From Lama guanicoe (taxonomy: Eukaryota): 64,000 nt of DNA. Location: NCBI GenBank assembly GCA_013239625.1, contig MU053487.1, forward strand, positions 2,625,058 to 2,689,057. Direction: 5' to 3'. Under the pieces are notes generated by a model. It was not told the DNA's origin, made no database searches, and saw only the letters and a list, made by a program, of their open reading frames with translations. Below are positions 11,221 to 24,330 of this stretch, piece after piece (positions within the stretch are counted from its first letter, which is position 1; the number at the start of each line of letters is the position of its first letter). A program made the position numbers and the translations under genes.

Positions 11221-13819
11221 GGCTCTTGTTAATAGCTTAGGAGACTCAAATTATCAACTGTTAGCCTGCAAGAGCACCAGGTAAAGGTACAAGTTGAGCA
11301 GAACTGAAGTCATGCTCTGTCCACAAAAACAGGCAAGATGCTAATGACTGTGGTCACCACTGCCTGGAACGAACCCCCGCCGATGGCAGAAAGACCGTGA
11401 AGAGAACAGCCTGAGCCAAAACACGTGCCCCATTGCTGCTGCAAGTGGGCGCAGAGGGAGACTCGGAAGAGACGGGCGGAGACCTCTCTGGGCGCTGGCC
11501 TGGAGTGGAGTGCAGGGCAAGCCCTCTTTTAACCTTGGCTCTGTGTCTGTCGAAGACTCAGGAGTTCTTGGGCCTGCAAACCAGCATTGCCATCAGAGGG
11601 TCTATTCGTCCTGGAAGTGACCACCTCCTGGGATAGTCAGGGCCTTGCCACCTCTTTCCCAAGTCTTCAAGGTGACCAGTTGCTCAGGAATCCCAGTATT
11701 CAGTGAGAACAGCACCCTCACCTTGTCCCTGCCTGTGCCAGCCTTACCCACATCTGCAGCCGCAGCCACGGGTATAACCTTTCCTCTTATGTTGACTCTG
11801 CTCAGTCTCGCACTTGCCCTTCTGTCCTGAGCCTTGACTCTGTTATCTCAAGACTAACCAGGGGCCCCTGATTATCACTCGCAACCACGCCCTGGGCCTG
11901 ACCCCAGATGACCTGGGAATCAAGCTGTGTGGTCGGACCTGGTCCCTGTATCCTGCCCCATCACAGGCCTGGGAGGCTCCTGGGGAGGACATGAACTGAT
12001 TCCTGGCACTGGCCTGTACGCTTAGATAGAAAATGAACCTAAATGCACACAGAATCGTCCACCCCCACCATGGCTGGATCAGAGGGGAGGCTGGGTGGAT
12101 GTGTAAGGACTCCAGACAGCAGCTGTGTCTGCTGCAAGGTTTCAGACCCCTGTGAGGTGGGTACTTAGACCTGAACTTCCTGCGTAAACCCGGGAGCCAC
12201 TGGAGACTGCCTGCTTATTACATCAGAAGTAGAAGAACTCTGCTCTCTGACCTGGGAAAGCAGAGCTGGACTTGCCCAGGAGATGGAGGAGGAGAAGCCT
12301 TGCCCTCGAGCGATCCAAGGCTGAGCCTGTGCATGATGAGTGCATGAGGTTCAGATTCCGGCTGCCTGAGTGATGCAGGAACACAGCCAGGCAGGAACCC
12401 CAAGGGAGTGAAGGGACATGAACGGTGCTCTGGGGTGTTCCCCACGGAAGCCCAGCACTAGCAAGCAAGATGCAGCCCTGCAGGGATGCCTCGCCGTCCA
12501 GGCCGCTTGCTGGACGTCCCCAGAGTCACCCACTGATGACATTCTGGAAGGACCCCGGGACATGAGAAGAAGTATCCCTGAGAGGCAGTGGCAGCAGACA
12601 CACGAATAAAAAACAGCCTGGACAGGACTTTAATACAGGTCCTCAGGGAAAATACAGGGGCTGTGGGAGCAAAGAGAGGAACACCTACCTGACCTGAGTC
12701 TGCAGAGGAGGAGGAGGGAGCTCGTGAGTCTGGGGGTGCCTCCAGGGCAGAAGGACCTCAGAAGCACAGAGATCAGGAGCAGTGAGTGCATGTGGAAACC
12801 ATGTGAGAGTGGGTGCGAGGAAGGTGTGTTGCAGGCAAGGCCGAGTGGTAAAGGCCAGATAGTCCTCACCGGTTTCTTAGATTTCATCCTCAGCTGGAAC
12901 AAGACAGAACTTCAAGATAGTCTTAGATGTTCTCAGCTCAGAGAGTTTTCTCCCATTCCTTGAAAGTTCAGGGCCAGTTTTGCTTCCAGGAATCCTGCGA
13001 CAGCAGCTTTTGCCAGGGTGGCCTCTGAGAAAGGGAACGCATGTGCAGTTCCATTGCCCTAGCCCCATGCAGTGCAGAGGCATCTGGGCCTCTTGTGGCT
13101 GGGGGCTGTCTGAAGTCAAGTTTGTTTATTGGAGCCACATGCACCCCGTTGCTTGCTCTCTGGGCTCAGGACAATGAAGTTACATCCAGCTGATCTTTGT
13201 CACCAAGGTCCACAGTCTAAACAGCTTCTCAAGTAAGAATTTAGACCAAACACCAGGCCCCTGGGCCCACCACTCAGCTCTTACTGGGATCCACTTGTGG
13301 GTTTCACTCTCAAGATGGGACATCTGTCCCTTGTCCAGCTGAAGGTATGAGTCCCTGCAGCCAAGCCAACTGAGTGATTGGAGAAGGACCTAAAGGGAAG
13401 AAGGTTCTGGTCTGTGCCTTTGAAGAGCACATGCCTCTCCTCTCCCCCGGTTTATAGACTGTGGCTGATGGCCGAGAAGCAGGGCCAGCCCCAGCCTCAC
13501 CTCCACCCCCTGAATTTCCCCAGCATCTCATAGGGGGTTTCATGAGTGGGCTCACCCCCAGGCTCTGCTGCCGGGGTTGGGGGGTGGGTGGTGATTCAGG
13601 TGAATATCTGAAACTGGGCTTTTGCCCAGGGAGAAAACTTGGGGGAACTTGGCTCAGCTGCCTGTCATTCTTTTATCCTTCCAGAAAGCTGGCTAGTCAT
13701 GTTCTTATGGTGAAGGCGAGATAGTCTGGACCTGGACCTTCTACAGGAGTGCTTGCATTAGCACCCAGGTAAATGTCTCCCAGCAACAAAATACAAAGAA
13801 GCCATAAGGGACTAAAAAC

Positions 13820-14174
13820 GGCACACATGCGCAGTTGGAGCAAGTTACGAACAATGTTACAAAAAGGCTACAAACCAAGTGCCATTTCTGAGGGGTCGGG
13901 AGCAAAAGCAGGGAACAGCGCAAGCGCAATCCCTGCGCACCAAGGGGGCGGGATGACCACCTCAGCCACTCCGCCTGCCGCCAGCCCCAGCAGCCCGCCC
14001 CTACCTTCACCCCATTTAAGGAGTCAGCCCGGCCTCCTGAGCAGGAGCACTTGTTAACTTGTTTTCACTCTTTTGTGCTGCGGCTCGAGTCCCAGTAAAA
14101 CCTCGCTTCCTCGTCTGGCTTCTGAACCGGTTTCTGCTGATGAAGGAGTCCCAGGACCCTGGATGGTAACGAAG
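13820..14174 (+). promoter_or_regulatory. CpG-enriched promoter-like segment and probable first exon of an intergenic transcript (APRG1/C3orf35 position by synteny)
   Basis: NRF1-like CACATGCGCA 13824-13833, GC boxes at 13945-13952 and 13994-14001, local CpG excess, and donor AAG|GTAAGA at 14174/14175. Confidence 0.5.
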
Positions 14175-14936
14175 GTAAGACGCAGGAGCAAACATCCAAA
14201 TAGTTCTCAACCCAGTACGCCACAGCCGCCACCAGTCGGTTGAGTTCACACACGACCTCAAACCTATCACACCGCGACTGTAAGTTTCCCCGAAGGGGGT
14301 CCCTTCAGGGGACCCTGAGGGGCAGGGGCAGGGGCAGGACAAAACCATGCGTCTCTGCGCCTCCTCTTCACTTAGAGCTGCTTCACTGTTATTTGTTACC
14401 TACTGAGGTTCTACACGAGGTTTTTGCTTGAAAACGATAATGCCATCGAAAGGCTTTTCACTTTGGCCACCTGGAAGCTTGGTGCCGAATTTAGGTCCCA
14501 AGTTAAAAAATTCTTAAAACCAGAATGGCCCAAGGAGCTTTTAAAATACAGATGCCAAGGCTTGCACTGCAGAGATTCTGTTAGTCTGAGCCCCTGGGCT
14601 GTCCCCGATGGCTTGATTGTTTCTATTCTCTTTTCTCTATCCTGGGCTTTCCTTCTGATTCTGATATGTCTCCTCTGGCCCCGATTGTTCTTTCATACAG
14701 TACAGTTAATTATTCCTAGGTCCAAACTGGCAGTGAGGAGGGAGCTGCAGCCAGGGCCAGGGAAGGCAGTGGGAGGCCTCTGGCCAGTCTAGGGGCCCAG
14801 CCCGGAGAGGGGACAAATCTGCAGCAGGGGAAAGTGTAGAGGCGCCGGGTCCTCCAGATTGGTGGGTTTGAGAATATAGGTGTCTTCCCCAGTGATCAGC
14901 CCTGGGAGAGGCCTAATATGGGGCGGGGGGGGGGGG

Positions 14937-15055
14937 NNNNNNNNNNNNNNNNNNNNNNNNNNNNNNNNNNNNNNNNNNNNNNNNNNNNNNNNNNNNNNNN
15001 NNNNNNNNNNNNNNNNNNNNNNNNNNNNNNNNNNNNNNNNNNNNNNNNNNNNNNN
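14937..15055. other. Assembly gap (119 N) flanked by poly-G
   Basis: Run of N with G homopolymers on both sides. Confidence 0.99.
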
Positions 15056-15972
15056 GGGGGGGGGGGGGGGGGTGTGGGGGGGGGGGGGCGGGGGGGGCTG
15101 GGCCTGAGGGTCAGAAGCCCTGGGCTCTCAGAGGAGCAGGACTCAGGCCTGGAAGGAGCCACAGCCCACCATGTCCCCTGCAGCAGCTGAACACCTGCTC
15201 ACACAGGCTGGACACTGAGATCTTCCCCTTGTCGGGCACCCCCAAACTTAGGTGGGAAAACCGAGGCTCCCAGAGCTTAAGTCAATACTCAGGCTTTGCC
15301 AAAAATTGTTTAGAAGGACAGGGCCGTTCTCTGGGATGACTTTGAATTCTGAATTGAATGTAAATGTTGACATGAGAAAAATCTGTGGTGCTGACGTTTT
15401 GGGGTTATTTATATTTTGAAGGTAGTTGGCACGTTAAATGATTAGTCTTCATTATGATTCATTTCAATTGAATTGATTTAGATTTGTGATTTTTAAACTG
15501 AAACTTTATTATGTTTATAACAATATTGGCATATTTAAGATAACTTCAGATACATGTCACTTATAAGTTGTATTGGTTGGATTTATCAACTTTGATTAGA
15601 TGAGGAAGTCCTTAAGTACTCGGAAGGGTTTTGGAGTCAGGTGAATACAGGAAATAAAGGAAATCAAGTGTGATAAATTTATTAATGTAGCAAATTCAAA
15701 TACAAAAGGAACTTAACGAAGTTATAAAAACCTCCTGAAAATAATTGCTTAAAATTTGGTAGATTTGTAATTAGAATGAAATTGAAAAGCTGAACTTAAA
15801 TACGGTGCTACATTTGTGATGTTAATAAATTCAATATTAATTTTTTAAACTGAAATAATCTCATGAAAGCTTCTCTTAAATCTCTCTGGAGATACTAATT
15901 AGAATTTTAAAACTTTTTTTTTTTTTGCCTTTATACTACTGCTGTATTTTCTCTGGGGCTACTTACTCTGTT

Positions 15973-16468
15973 TGTGAAAGTTTTTCTTTATGTTTATTGG
16001 GGTTTCCTGTGTCTGACAGTCCTTGAAGGACAAGGTGGATTGCCCTCGTGGCTGGAATGAGTTTCCCTTTGAGTTTGTCTAGATTTGTTTGCCAGGTGTG
16101 TCCCTGAAAGAAAGAGCCACTTCTGTGTCCCTTGGAAGTGGGCTGGGCTGGTGGCTCTCCCTTTGATCCTCTCTCTCCCTGCTTCCCTCTGCCTCTTCGC
16201 CCTCCTCTTCTCCTTCTTTCTGCCCTTACAAGAGTATTTGCCTTCTCCTCCTTTATATACCCTAATACTAGATTTGGCTCAGGGCCCCCCGAGAGCTCAT
16301 ACCTCCCCTTTAAGAGGGAAGACTCTGGAGAAGGAGGAGGAGGAACTCTGGACACACTGGCTTGGCTAAGCCCTCCTCGGGGTGTAGGCATTGTGGTCCT
16401 CTTTTACTCAGCAAGGCTCACCTTTAATTGTTTTCAAAGTTGAAACTGGGTTTTAGTGACCCGTGACA
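15973..16468 (-). mobile_element. Possible ancient solo LTR
   Basis: Minus strand starts TGTCACGG and ends CACA, with TATATAAA (16252-16259) upstream of AATAAA (15993-15998). No clear target-site duplication (TSD). Confidence 0.35.
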
Positions 16469-16978
16469 AGGATAGAAGCTTAAACAAGAAAATGCTCAAG
16501 GATCAGAAAGTGTCAGGTGCCTTGTGGTCTCGTAATGGGTGATATCCAGTGGGTTCTTTTCTTGGAGATAATGGAATGTGTTAGGATTGCTTAACCGGAG
16601 CTGGGGTGGGGAGGGAGAGGAGAGAGAGCACACAGGAGACAGAGAGGTAAGATGGTCACTGAAACAGGCTTGATATCAGAAGCTGTGTTTGAAACCTCAG
16701 GTGTCAGGACAACAGAGTGGAAACAAACTGGCCCTGGCTGGCTCACTTTGTGCCCGGCCTGCACACGCCTTATTCATAACAGCCATGGGTGAGGAAATCG
16801 AGTCACCCAGGACATGGGGAAGTGCCCCAAAGCTGCAGGCTAGTAACCTGGAAGGCAGGATCTCAACCCTGGACGTAGTGATTCCCAGACCTTCCACTGG
16901 GCCCTCTCAAATTCATGCTAAATGGTTAGTGAAGTCCCCAGTATCCTCCATCTCTGCTCTGAAGTCTCCTTTTGCTTT

Positions 16979-17141
16979 TTTTTTTTAATTTTTATTAAAA
17001 TTTTTTTCTTGTTTTTTCGTTCTTTATTTGGGGGGAGAGGTAATTAGGTTTGTTTATTTTTTTAATGGAGGTACTGGGCATTGAACCCGGGACCTCATGC
17101 ATGCTAAGCACCTGCTCTACCACTGAGCTATACCCTTCCCC
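16979..17141 (-). mobile_element. Camelid tRNA-Ala-derived SINE (vic-1 type) with a perfect 13-bp TSD
   Basis: Minus strand GGGTATAGCTCAGTGGTAGAG...GGTTCAATGCC (A/B boxes) and A-rich tail. TSD CTCCTTTTGCTTT at 16966-16978 and 17142-17154. Confidence 0.9.
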
Positions 17142-17499
17142 CTCCTTTTGCTTTCTTGATTTAAGTGAAACCCTTACTCTTCTCCTGGGACTCTGCTCCC
17201 CCTGCAGCTGGTATTGGGTGGGGGTGGGGTGGGGGGAGGGGTGTTTTCCCCCTGCCCCTTGGACCACTGGGCTGAAGGTCCACCTTGTTCCTCTTGTGGC
17301 TCCCGGACAGCTGTCCTCCCCTCTCCCTAATAGCTTTGAGCTCTGCATCTCTTGCCATCTGTGCCCTCCATGACGTCATTTCCACACCTCCCATTCCCCA
17401 ACCAACCGCATCCCTCTGTTAGCACAACTCCGGAATTCTTCAGAACTAAAGAACCAACCTAAGAGCCATCCATCCCACCCTGTCCTTTCCCCACCCTCA

Positions 17500-20020
17500 T
17501 CCCTGTCTCATTCCCCACTCCTCTCCTCAGCCAGCTTCCATTCCATGACCCAGCCTTGTGGTCATACGTCTTCAACTTCCACACCCGTCTCCCCTTCATT
17601 AAACTCACCTGCTGAAACCCTTATCTTGCTTCCATCCAATTTCCACCCACCTACACCCTGACAGCTGGAAGATGCTAGAGAAACCCACTGGACCGTGCTC
17701 ACCTGCTCCTTTGAGATTTGTGACCACTAACTTCAAATGGGCCCATTGTCTATTTCCAATCCCACCGTACTCCCTGTGTGTCCACCTTCATTGCCTCTCT
17801 GGGACACATTACTCTTCAAATCTCCAGCACCTCTCACTCCCTCCTCACTCTTCGGTGCTTCCTGCTGTACAGAGCAGACCGAAGCCATCAGAGAATCACC
17901 TCACTTTCCCCCCCTGCTTCTGCAGACTGACTTTGATCTGTCCCATACCTCTGCTTTCCACCCCATCACTGGTTGAACCCAATTTTCTTACCTAAAGTCA
18001 ACACCTCTGCTTTTCCACTGAGCCCGTGCCCACTTGCCTACTCAAGGATGAAACTTTAGAAAGTGTCTTCTTGCCTACTTAACAGGGTGTCCTCTCTCCG
18101 CATCACTCCTGTCAGCCTGTGCACGTGCTACGATGGATCCCATCTTAGTAAACAAGACCCAGTGGACAGGGTCCCCATGTTCCTCTTCAACATCTGCTCC
18201 ATTTATCTGCTCCTCTTTATGCAGAACTCCTTGGAAGAGTTGCTTCTGCTTGCTGTCTCCAGGCGTTCTCACCTTCTTTCTTTTTTGAACCACCCTACAG
18301 CTGCACTGAGATGACTGTTTTCAGGGTCACCAGTGGTCTCCAAAGAACCACATCCAACGAGTGGTTGGTTCTCATGCTCACGCTGTCAACCGAGAATGAT
18401 CTAGTTGGCCATCCTCCTCTTGGCTTCTGGGACGTTCCTCTCTTTTTCTCACCTCATCCCTCTGCCTGTTCTTTGCTCCGTCTCCTCTACTGGTAACACT
18501 CATCCCCCAGCCTCTTTAAAGCACCTCAGAGATCATTGCTGAAACCCCTTCTCTGCTCTATCCACGTTCATCCCCTAGATGAACTCTTTCGGTCTCATGG
18601 TTTCAGATACCATCTAAGTACAGACAGCTCTTGGGCATGCGTTTCCAGCCAGAGAGTGCCACCACACTCCAGCTGCCCCTCTCTCCGTGGACGCTGTGTT
18701 AGTCTTCTAGGGCCAACCTACCAAAATGCCACGGGCTGGAGGGCTTAAACAACAGAAGTTTATTTTTTCATAGTTCTGGAGGCTGAAAGTCTTGGACTTT
18801 TGAGATAGGGTTGGTTTCTTCCGAGGCCTCTCTCCTTGGCTTGCAGACGGCCGCCTGCTCGCCTTTCCTCACACGGCATTTTCTCTGCGCAGTATGGGAA
18901 AGGAGAGCTCTCTGGAGTCTGTTCCTCTTCTTAAAAGGACACCAGTCCTGTTGGAGCAGAGCCCCTCATGACCTCACCTTTAAAGAGGTAATAAAGGTCC
19001 TTTCTCTGGATATAGTGACATTGGGAGTTAGAGTATCAACATCTGAATATGGGGGGACACAATTCAGTCCGTAACAGGTGTCCAGCAAGCATCCCAAACT
19101 TAACCCATCTGTCATTCAGCTCTTAATCTTCCCTTCAAACCCTGTTCCCATTGTGGTCTTTGGCTTCTTGGTGAACAGAAGCCCACCCCCGTCATTGTTC
19201 AAGCCAGAACGTGGCCACCACCTTGGACTCCCCTCCTTTCCTCATGCTGCACCTTTCAATCCATCAGTAAATCCTGCTGTCTCTACTTTCAAAATGTGTC
19301 TGGATTGCAACTACTTCTTTCTACCCCCACTGACATGACTCTATTCTAAACCATCATCGTTTTTTAACTGACTTATGACAGTGGCCACCTCCACTGTCTC
19401 TAGTTTCTGCCTTTGGCCTCTACTATCTTTTTTCGACAAGACAGTTAGAGTCATCTTAAAATAGAGGCCAGACCATTTTCCTCACTGTTTAACTCCTTCC
19501 CCACGGTGGATTCCATCCTTCTTTCAGTGATCAGCTGGGCCCTACATGGTCACCATGGTAACTACTCAGCATCCGGCTGCTCGCTCCCTCTGCCTCAGCC
19601 AGGCCTCCCTCCCTGCTTTTTGTTGAGGTGGGTTCCTACCTCAAGGCCTTTGCGTTTGCTCCTCCCTCCAGCTGAAATGCTCTTACACTTGATGTTGTGT
19701 TTCCCTTGTCTTTGTCAGATACCTGCTCAAACTTGACATTTTCAGAGGGGGCTTCTTTGAGTATCTTACAGAGAATAGTGTCCCTGCTCCTGCTAGGTAA
19801 ATTCTCCCTCAGCCTGCTCTGTGTCCTTCCAGAGCTGTCAAGTCCGTGTGATACACACACTACATTTTTTCCTGGGCATTGATTATTGTCACCCTCTCTT
19901 CTCACCAGACTGTGACTCCTTAAGGGCAGGGGCGTAGTCTGTTCACTGGAGCATCCTCAGAACACAGAACTCACCTGAAACCTGGTAGTTGGTCAGTAAA
20001 ACCCAGAGAAACAGATGAAT
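17500..20020 (+). mobile_element. L2 LINE remnant interrupted by an MLT1 LTR
   Basis: L2-like motifs (ccatcagtaaatcctgctgtctctactttcaaaat) and a 3' end ...gatgaataaatga. Confidence 0.7.
18695..19076 (-). mobile_element. MLT1A-like solo LTR nested in L2
   Basis: tgtgttagtc...ttaaacaacagaagtttatt...atagttctggaggctgaaagtc...ggggggacacaattcagtccgtaaca. Confidence 0.8.
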
Positions 20021-20369
20021 AAATGACCACCTGTGCTGCCAGGGAGGCTGGGGCGTGCGGTCTGGTCATGTGAGCTGCAGGGACCTCCTGTCTCAAGGCC
20101 TATGTGTGTCGGGCCGGTGGGCAGAGGTGTGGGGTCACAGGCCTGATTCAGGGTGTGACAAGAGGGCTGCCCCTCTGGGCACACCACACCCTTGCTGACC
20201 CTTCCCTCAGGACTTGGCCTTTCATTCCCATGGCTGGTCTCAGCCCACACTCTCTTGTGCCAGTGCCAAGAATTGAGGTTTATAGTGTCCTTGAGTAATT
20301 CTTCACCAAAGGTGTGTTGTAAAACAGTGGCAGCTGAATTCTGCACTGTCACCTGGGGACATGAGTTGG

Positions 20370-20810
20370 TTGTATCAGTTAATATTTGCTGCTTAAAACA
20401 GCATCATTTACTGAGCTTAGGACTCTAGGGTGGCCCTTTGGGCTGAATCAGCTTTGAAGTTCTTCCCGTCTCAGCCAGGCTCACCCCTGCAACTGGAGTC
20501 AACCGCCTTGTCTGCTGAGACCAGCTGGTCCAGGGCCAGGATGGCTGGTCTCTGCAGCATGGTCACCTAGAGTCCAGCAGGGAGCTCGTCCTTGCTCACA
20601 GGGGCCCAGGAGAGGGCTGAGAGGGCAGGGAGAGTCTGCACACCTTCTCGAGGTCCAGGCTCACATCCTACACGCCATCACTTCTACTGCATCCTGTTGG
20701 TCCTAGCAAGTCACTGGGCCATCCCAGATCCAAGGGTTGGGGGCCCAAACTCCACTTCTTCATAAAGGGCTGTGCAAAGTCACATCGCAGAGAGGTGTGG
20801 CTGTAAGTAG
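20370..20810 (-). mobile_element. MLT1-type LTR remnant
   Basis: tgtatcagtta...cacttctactgcatcctgttggtc...aagtcac...ccagatccaaggg motifs. Confidence 0.55.
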
Positions 20811-22950
20811 GAAGAAAACTGGCCCTTTTTACAAGCGCTGTGTCCCAGCTGGCCAGCGGGCAGATCCCACAGCTGTGAGCGAGAGAGGGAGGGACGCTGC
20901 TTCGTCCCTGGGGAGGTCCCGGGTGTGCCGCTCTGGCTGCGGTGGTGGTGGGTTCCTGGCGGCCCTCCGTCCTCTGACCTTGGACTGGACGGCTGTGTGT
21001 GTGAGCGACGTGACCGCTCACGGACAGGCTTGGTGGGGCTCCGAGAGGCATGCTTGGCCTTAAGAGCCTCCCGATTTTTCCGGTCAGCTGTCTGAGCTGG
21101 AGCTTGTTGGCCAGGCTGCAGTCTTTCCTATCTAATCCCGGTGCTGATTAATGGGGGCCATTTCGCTTTGATGGTCCCTGGCAGGCTGATGCCGCTCACA
21201 GGCCTGTGGCCATGTATGGGCAGAGCCAGAGGCTGCGGTGCTCACGGCGGACACGGTGGGGTTGGAGGTGGGGGGCACATCCTGCCCAGCGACCTTGGCC
21301 AGTCACCGTCCCAGCCTCTGCTAACTGCCTCCCGAAATGTCATTTCCCTCCTCTTAGAAGTTATATAATTACACCTCCTCTCTTGCCAGCGTGTTTCCCT
21401 GTCCCTGCTGAATCATCCCCTCCAGCACTCAGCCAGCCTTTCTTGTTCCTGCCTTAAAACGTGAATCTCTGACTCCGCGTCTTGCCCACGTAGTGCCCCG
21501 TTCTCGACTCTGCTTTAGAGAATGCTTTGAAAAGAGAGACTTCTACTCAGCATCCTTGGTGTTGATTTCCAGTCCCCTTAAAACCCCTCCCAGGAGACTG
21601 CTCTCGGCCAGGTCTGTTGCTGGGGCCAGTGGTCACTCTGGGTCTATCTCTCTGACCCTCGCAGGAGGTCCCTTTGTCCTCTGAGCAACCCTCCCTTCAT
21701 TTGGAACCTGGGGCACGGCCCCCACTTCTCCTCCAGCCTCACCGGCTTGGAGCAGCCTCACATCCCCAACCCTGACAATCTAGGGCACTGAGGTTCATGC
21801 TCCAGGCCTTTCCTCTTTCTTGTCTGCATGCCCTCTGTGATCTCATCCCGTTTCACGGCCCCCAGTGTGCCAGTGACACTCATCTTCTGTCTCCTGCCTG
21901 GTCCCCAGACTCCCACGACTGCCTGTTCAGCAGTCTCCACTTGCATGTCTAATTGCATCCGAAACTTGCAGGTCCTGGGTTGAATCCTGACCCTTCCTCC
22001 CCAAGCCTGCTCCTCCCGCGTCACCCCCACCCATCACTTAAAGCCTCATCTTTCCCGTTTCTCACCCTCTTTCCTCTTTCCTTGCCCTCCACTCCGAGTG
22101 GTCACTGAATCCTTCAGTTTGGGGGTTTGCATTTTGGCCTTTCTGATTTAACTTTACTTTTGAATATGTTAAACATTTATGCAGTTCACAGTCAAAACAG
22201 TCCTAAAGGGCGTCCTTGCGGAAGTCTCATTCCCCTCCCGACAGTTTCTGCCTCCATTTTTCAGTGTTGTTTTTGGCAAAAATAAGCACACATATTTATT
22301 TCCCCCTTTTTCTTACCCAGAAGTTGACATACTATATGCGTTGTTCCACATCTTGCTTTTTTTGCTTAATATATTCTGGAAATCTTGCCAGTTCACAGAG
22401 AACTTCCTCATTCTTTATACCACTGCATCAGAATTTCATGGTAAAAATGTAATTTCTTCAACCAGACCCTTACTGATGAACATTTTGACTTGTTTCCAGT
22501 TGAGTTGCTCTTACAAATAGGGCTGCAGTTAACGATCTTGTGTATATGTTGTTTTGTGCTTTGGAAGGATGTTTTCAGGATGGCTTCCTGGAACTATGGG
22601 TGAAGGAAGCCGTCAGGAGGATCTAGGAAGTTGCACAGGGTTTGTGTCCTGCAGCTCCCCCCGGGGAGGGCAGATCTTCCAGTGCCCGGTTTAGACGTGG
22701 CCAAGGAGGACGATGGAGAAGGAAGAATCTCCCACAACATGGGGCCAAGGGCCCAAGCCACGGTGTTTGTGGGCCCTTTCCGAGGAGCAGAACTCCAGGG
22801 TGGAAGGCCCTCATATAGCTGCTTCTCAGAATTTCAGAACTGCCCCAGAGCAGTGCCAGCTCTGGGTCTCCTTCTGGAAGTGGCCTCTTGGTGCTGTGGA
22901 GTTCAGCTGTGTCCTTACCGATTTCCTGCCTGCTGGATCTGTCTATTTCT

Positions 22951-23040
22951 TTTCCTTTTTTAATGGAGGTGCTGGGGATTGAACCCAGGACCTCATGCAT
23001 CCTAAGCACGCACTCTTACCATTGAGCTATATCCACCCCC
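22951..23040 (-). mobile_element. vic-1-type SINE inserted in L1
   Basis: tRNA-Ala-like head. Degenerate TSD ggatctgtctatttct / ggatccatccatttct. Confidence 0.88.
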
Positions 23041-23800
23041 GGATCCATCCATTTCTAAGGGAGGGGTGTTGAAGTCTCCAAGTCTGATAGTGGATTCGTC
23101 TATTCCTTTATCTTTGATTAAGGCAGTTTGAGTACAATATGACTGGACATTGGTTTCTTTTTCTTTTTTCTTGTTTCTCTCTCTCTTTTTTCCGTGGTGG
23201 GGGCATTTATCCTGCTTGGTGTTCTCTGAGCTTCCTGAATCTGTGGTTTGGTGTCTGACATTAATTTGGGGGAAATTCTCAGTCATTATTGCTTCAAACT
23301 TTTCTTCTATTTCTTTCTCTCTCCTTCCTCTACTATCCCCATTACGTATATATTACACATTTTGTACTTGTCCCACGGTTCTGGTTATTCTGTTCTGTTT
23401 TTTTCCAGCCTTTCTTTCTCTTTAATTTTCACTTTTAGAAGTTTCTGTTGACACATCGTCAAGCCTTTCCTCAGTCATGTCCAGCCTACTCAATGATCCC
23501 ATCAAAGGCATTCTTCATTTCTGTGTTCATATTCTTGATCTCTAGCATTTTACAAAAATGTCTTAGAATTTCCATCATTCTGCTTATATTCCCCATCTGT
23601 AATTGTCATCTACTTTCTCTGTTAAGAGTCCTTTGCATATTAATCACAGTTATTTTAAACTCCTAGTCTGGCAATTCCAGCATCCCTGCCACATCTGAGT
23701 CTGGTTCTGATGCTTCGTCTCCCTCTTCAGACTGTGTATCTGGCCTGTTAGTATGCTTTGTAATTTCTGTTGAAAGCAGGACATTATGTACTGAATAGTG
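23041..23800 (-). mobile_element. Old L1M fragment (ORF1 plus endonuclease remnant)
   Basis: Minus translations MTENFPQIN... (ORF1-like) and TIRLGDFNTP (ORF2 endonuclease GDFN motif). Confidence 0.75.
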
Positions 23801-23979
23801 GGTTCAGACAATTTATCTTTTTAGTTCATAGGTCTCTGGATCAAGAGAAACTGTAACAAGCCTGATGCAGAGACATACCATCCTCTGATGGACTTTGATG
23901 CCGTGGTTGATGTATTTTCCCCAGAGGGAGAGGGCGAGTATATTTTGTCTGAATATTTGGTGATCGGGAAAGGTTAGAC

Positions 23980-24330
23980 TGTGTTATTAAGTTGGTTCTC
24001 ACAGTGTTGTCAGCTGCCCCCCAGACACTTGGTAAATTGTACTTCCTTCATTCTCTGTGGTTGGTAGGGCCCCATGACCAGTTCTGGACATGAGTTACAA
24101 GTAGAACTGAAAAGTTCAGGCCTAAACATTTACTTGATTGTGTGTGTGAGACCTTCAGAATATTTTTATCTTCTGTAACAACCAGCACTGTTTCATTAGC
24201 TGGCTGCTAAATGAAGGCATGGAGCTAAGTGGCCTGCTGACCTGCGATGGACACCTCGTTTCCACAGGAAACGAACCTCTGAGCCACTATAGCCTGGCGG
24301 TTACTTGTCAGCTTAGCAGAACACAGCTGG
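23980..24330 (+). mobile_element. MLT1-type LTR remnant
   Basis: catgaccagttctgg...atgagtt...agtaga motif and a degenerate MLT1 3' end. Confidence 0.45.

Noticed and set aside
15320..15900. AT-rich block, possibly a DNA transposon interior
   Set aside because: No terminal repeats or transposase frame could be identified by eye.
17066..17141. tRNA-Ala gene-like sequences (also at 23.0, 26.9, 28.7 and 33.1 kb)
   Set aside because: A-rich tails, TSDs and scattered mutations mark them as SINEs, not tRNA genes.
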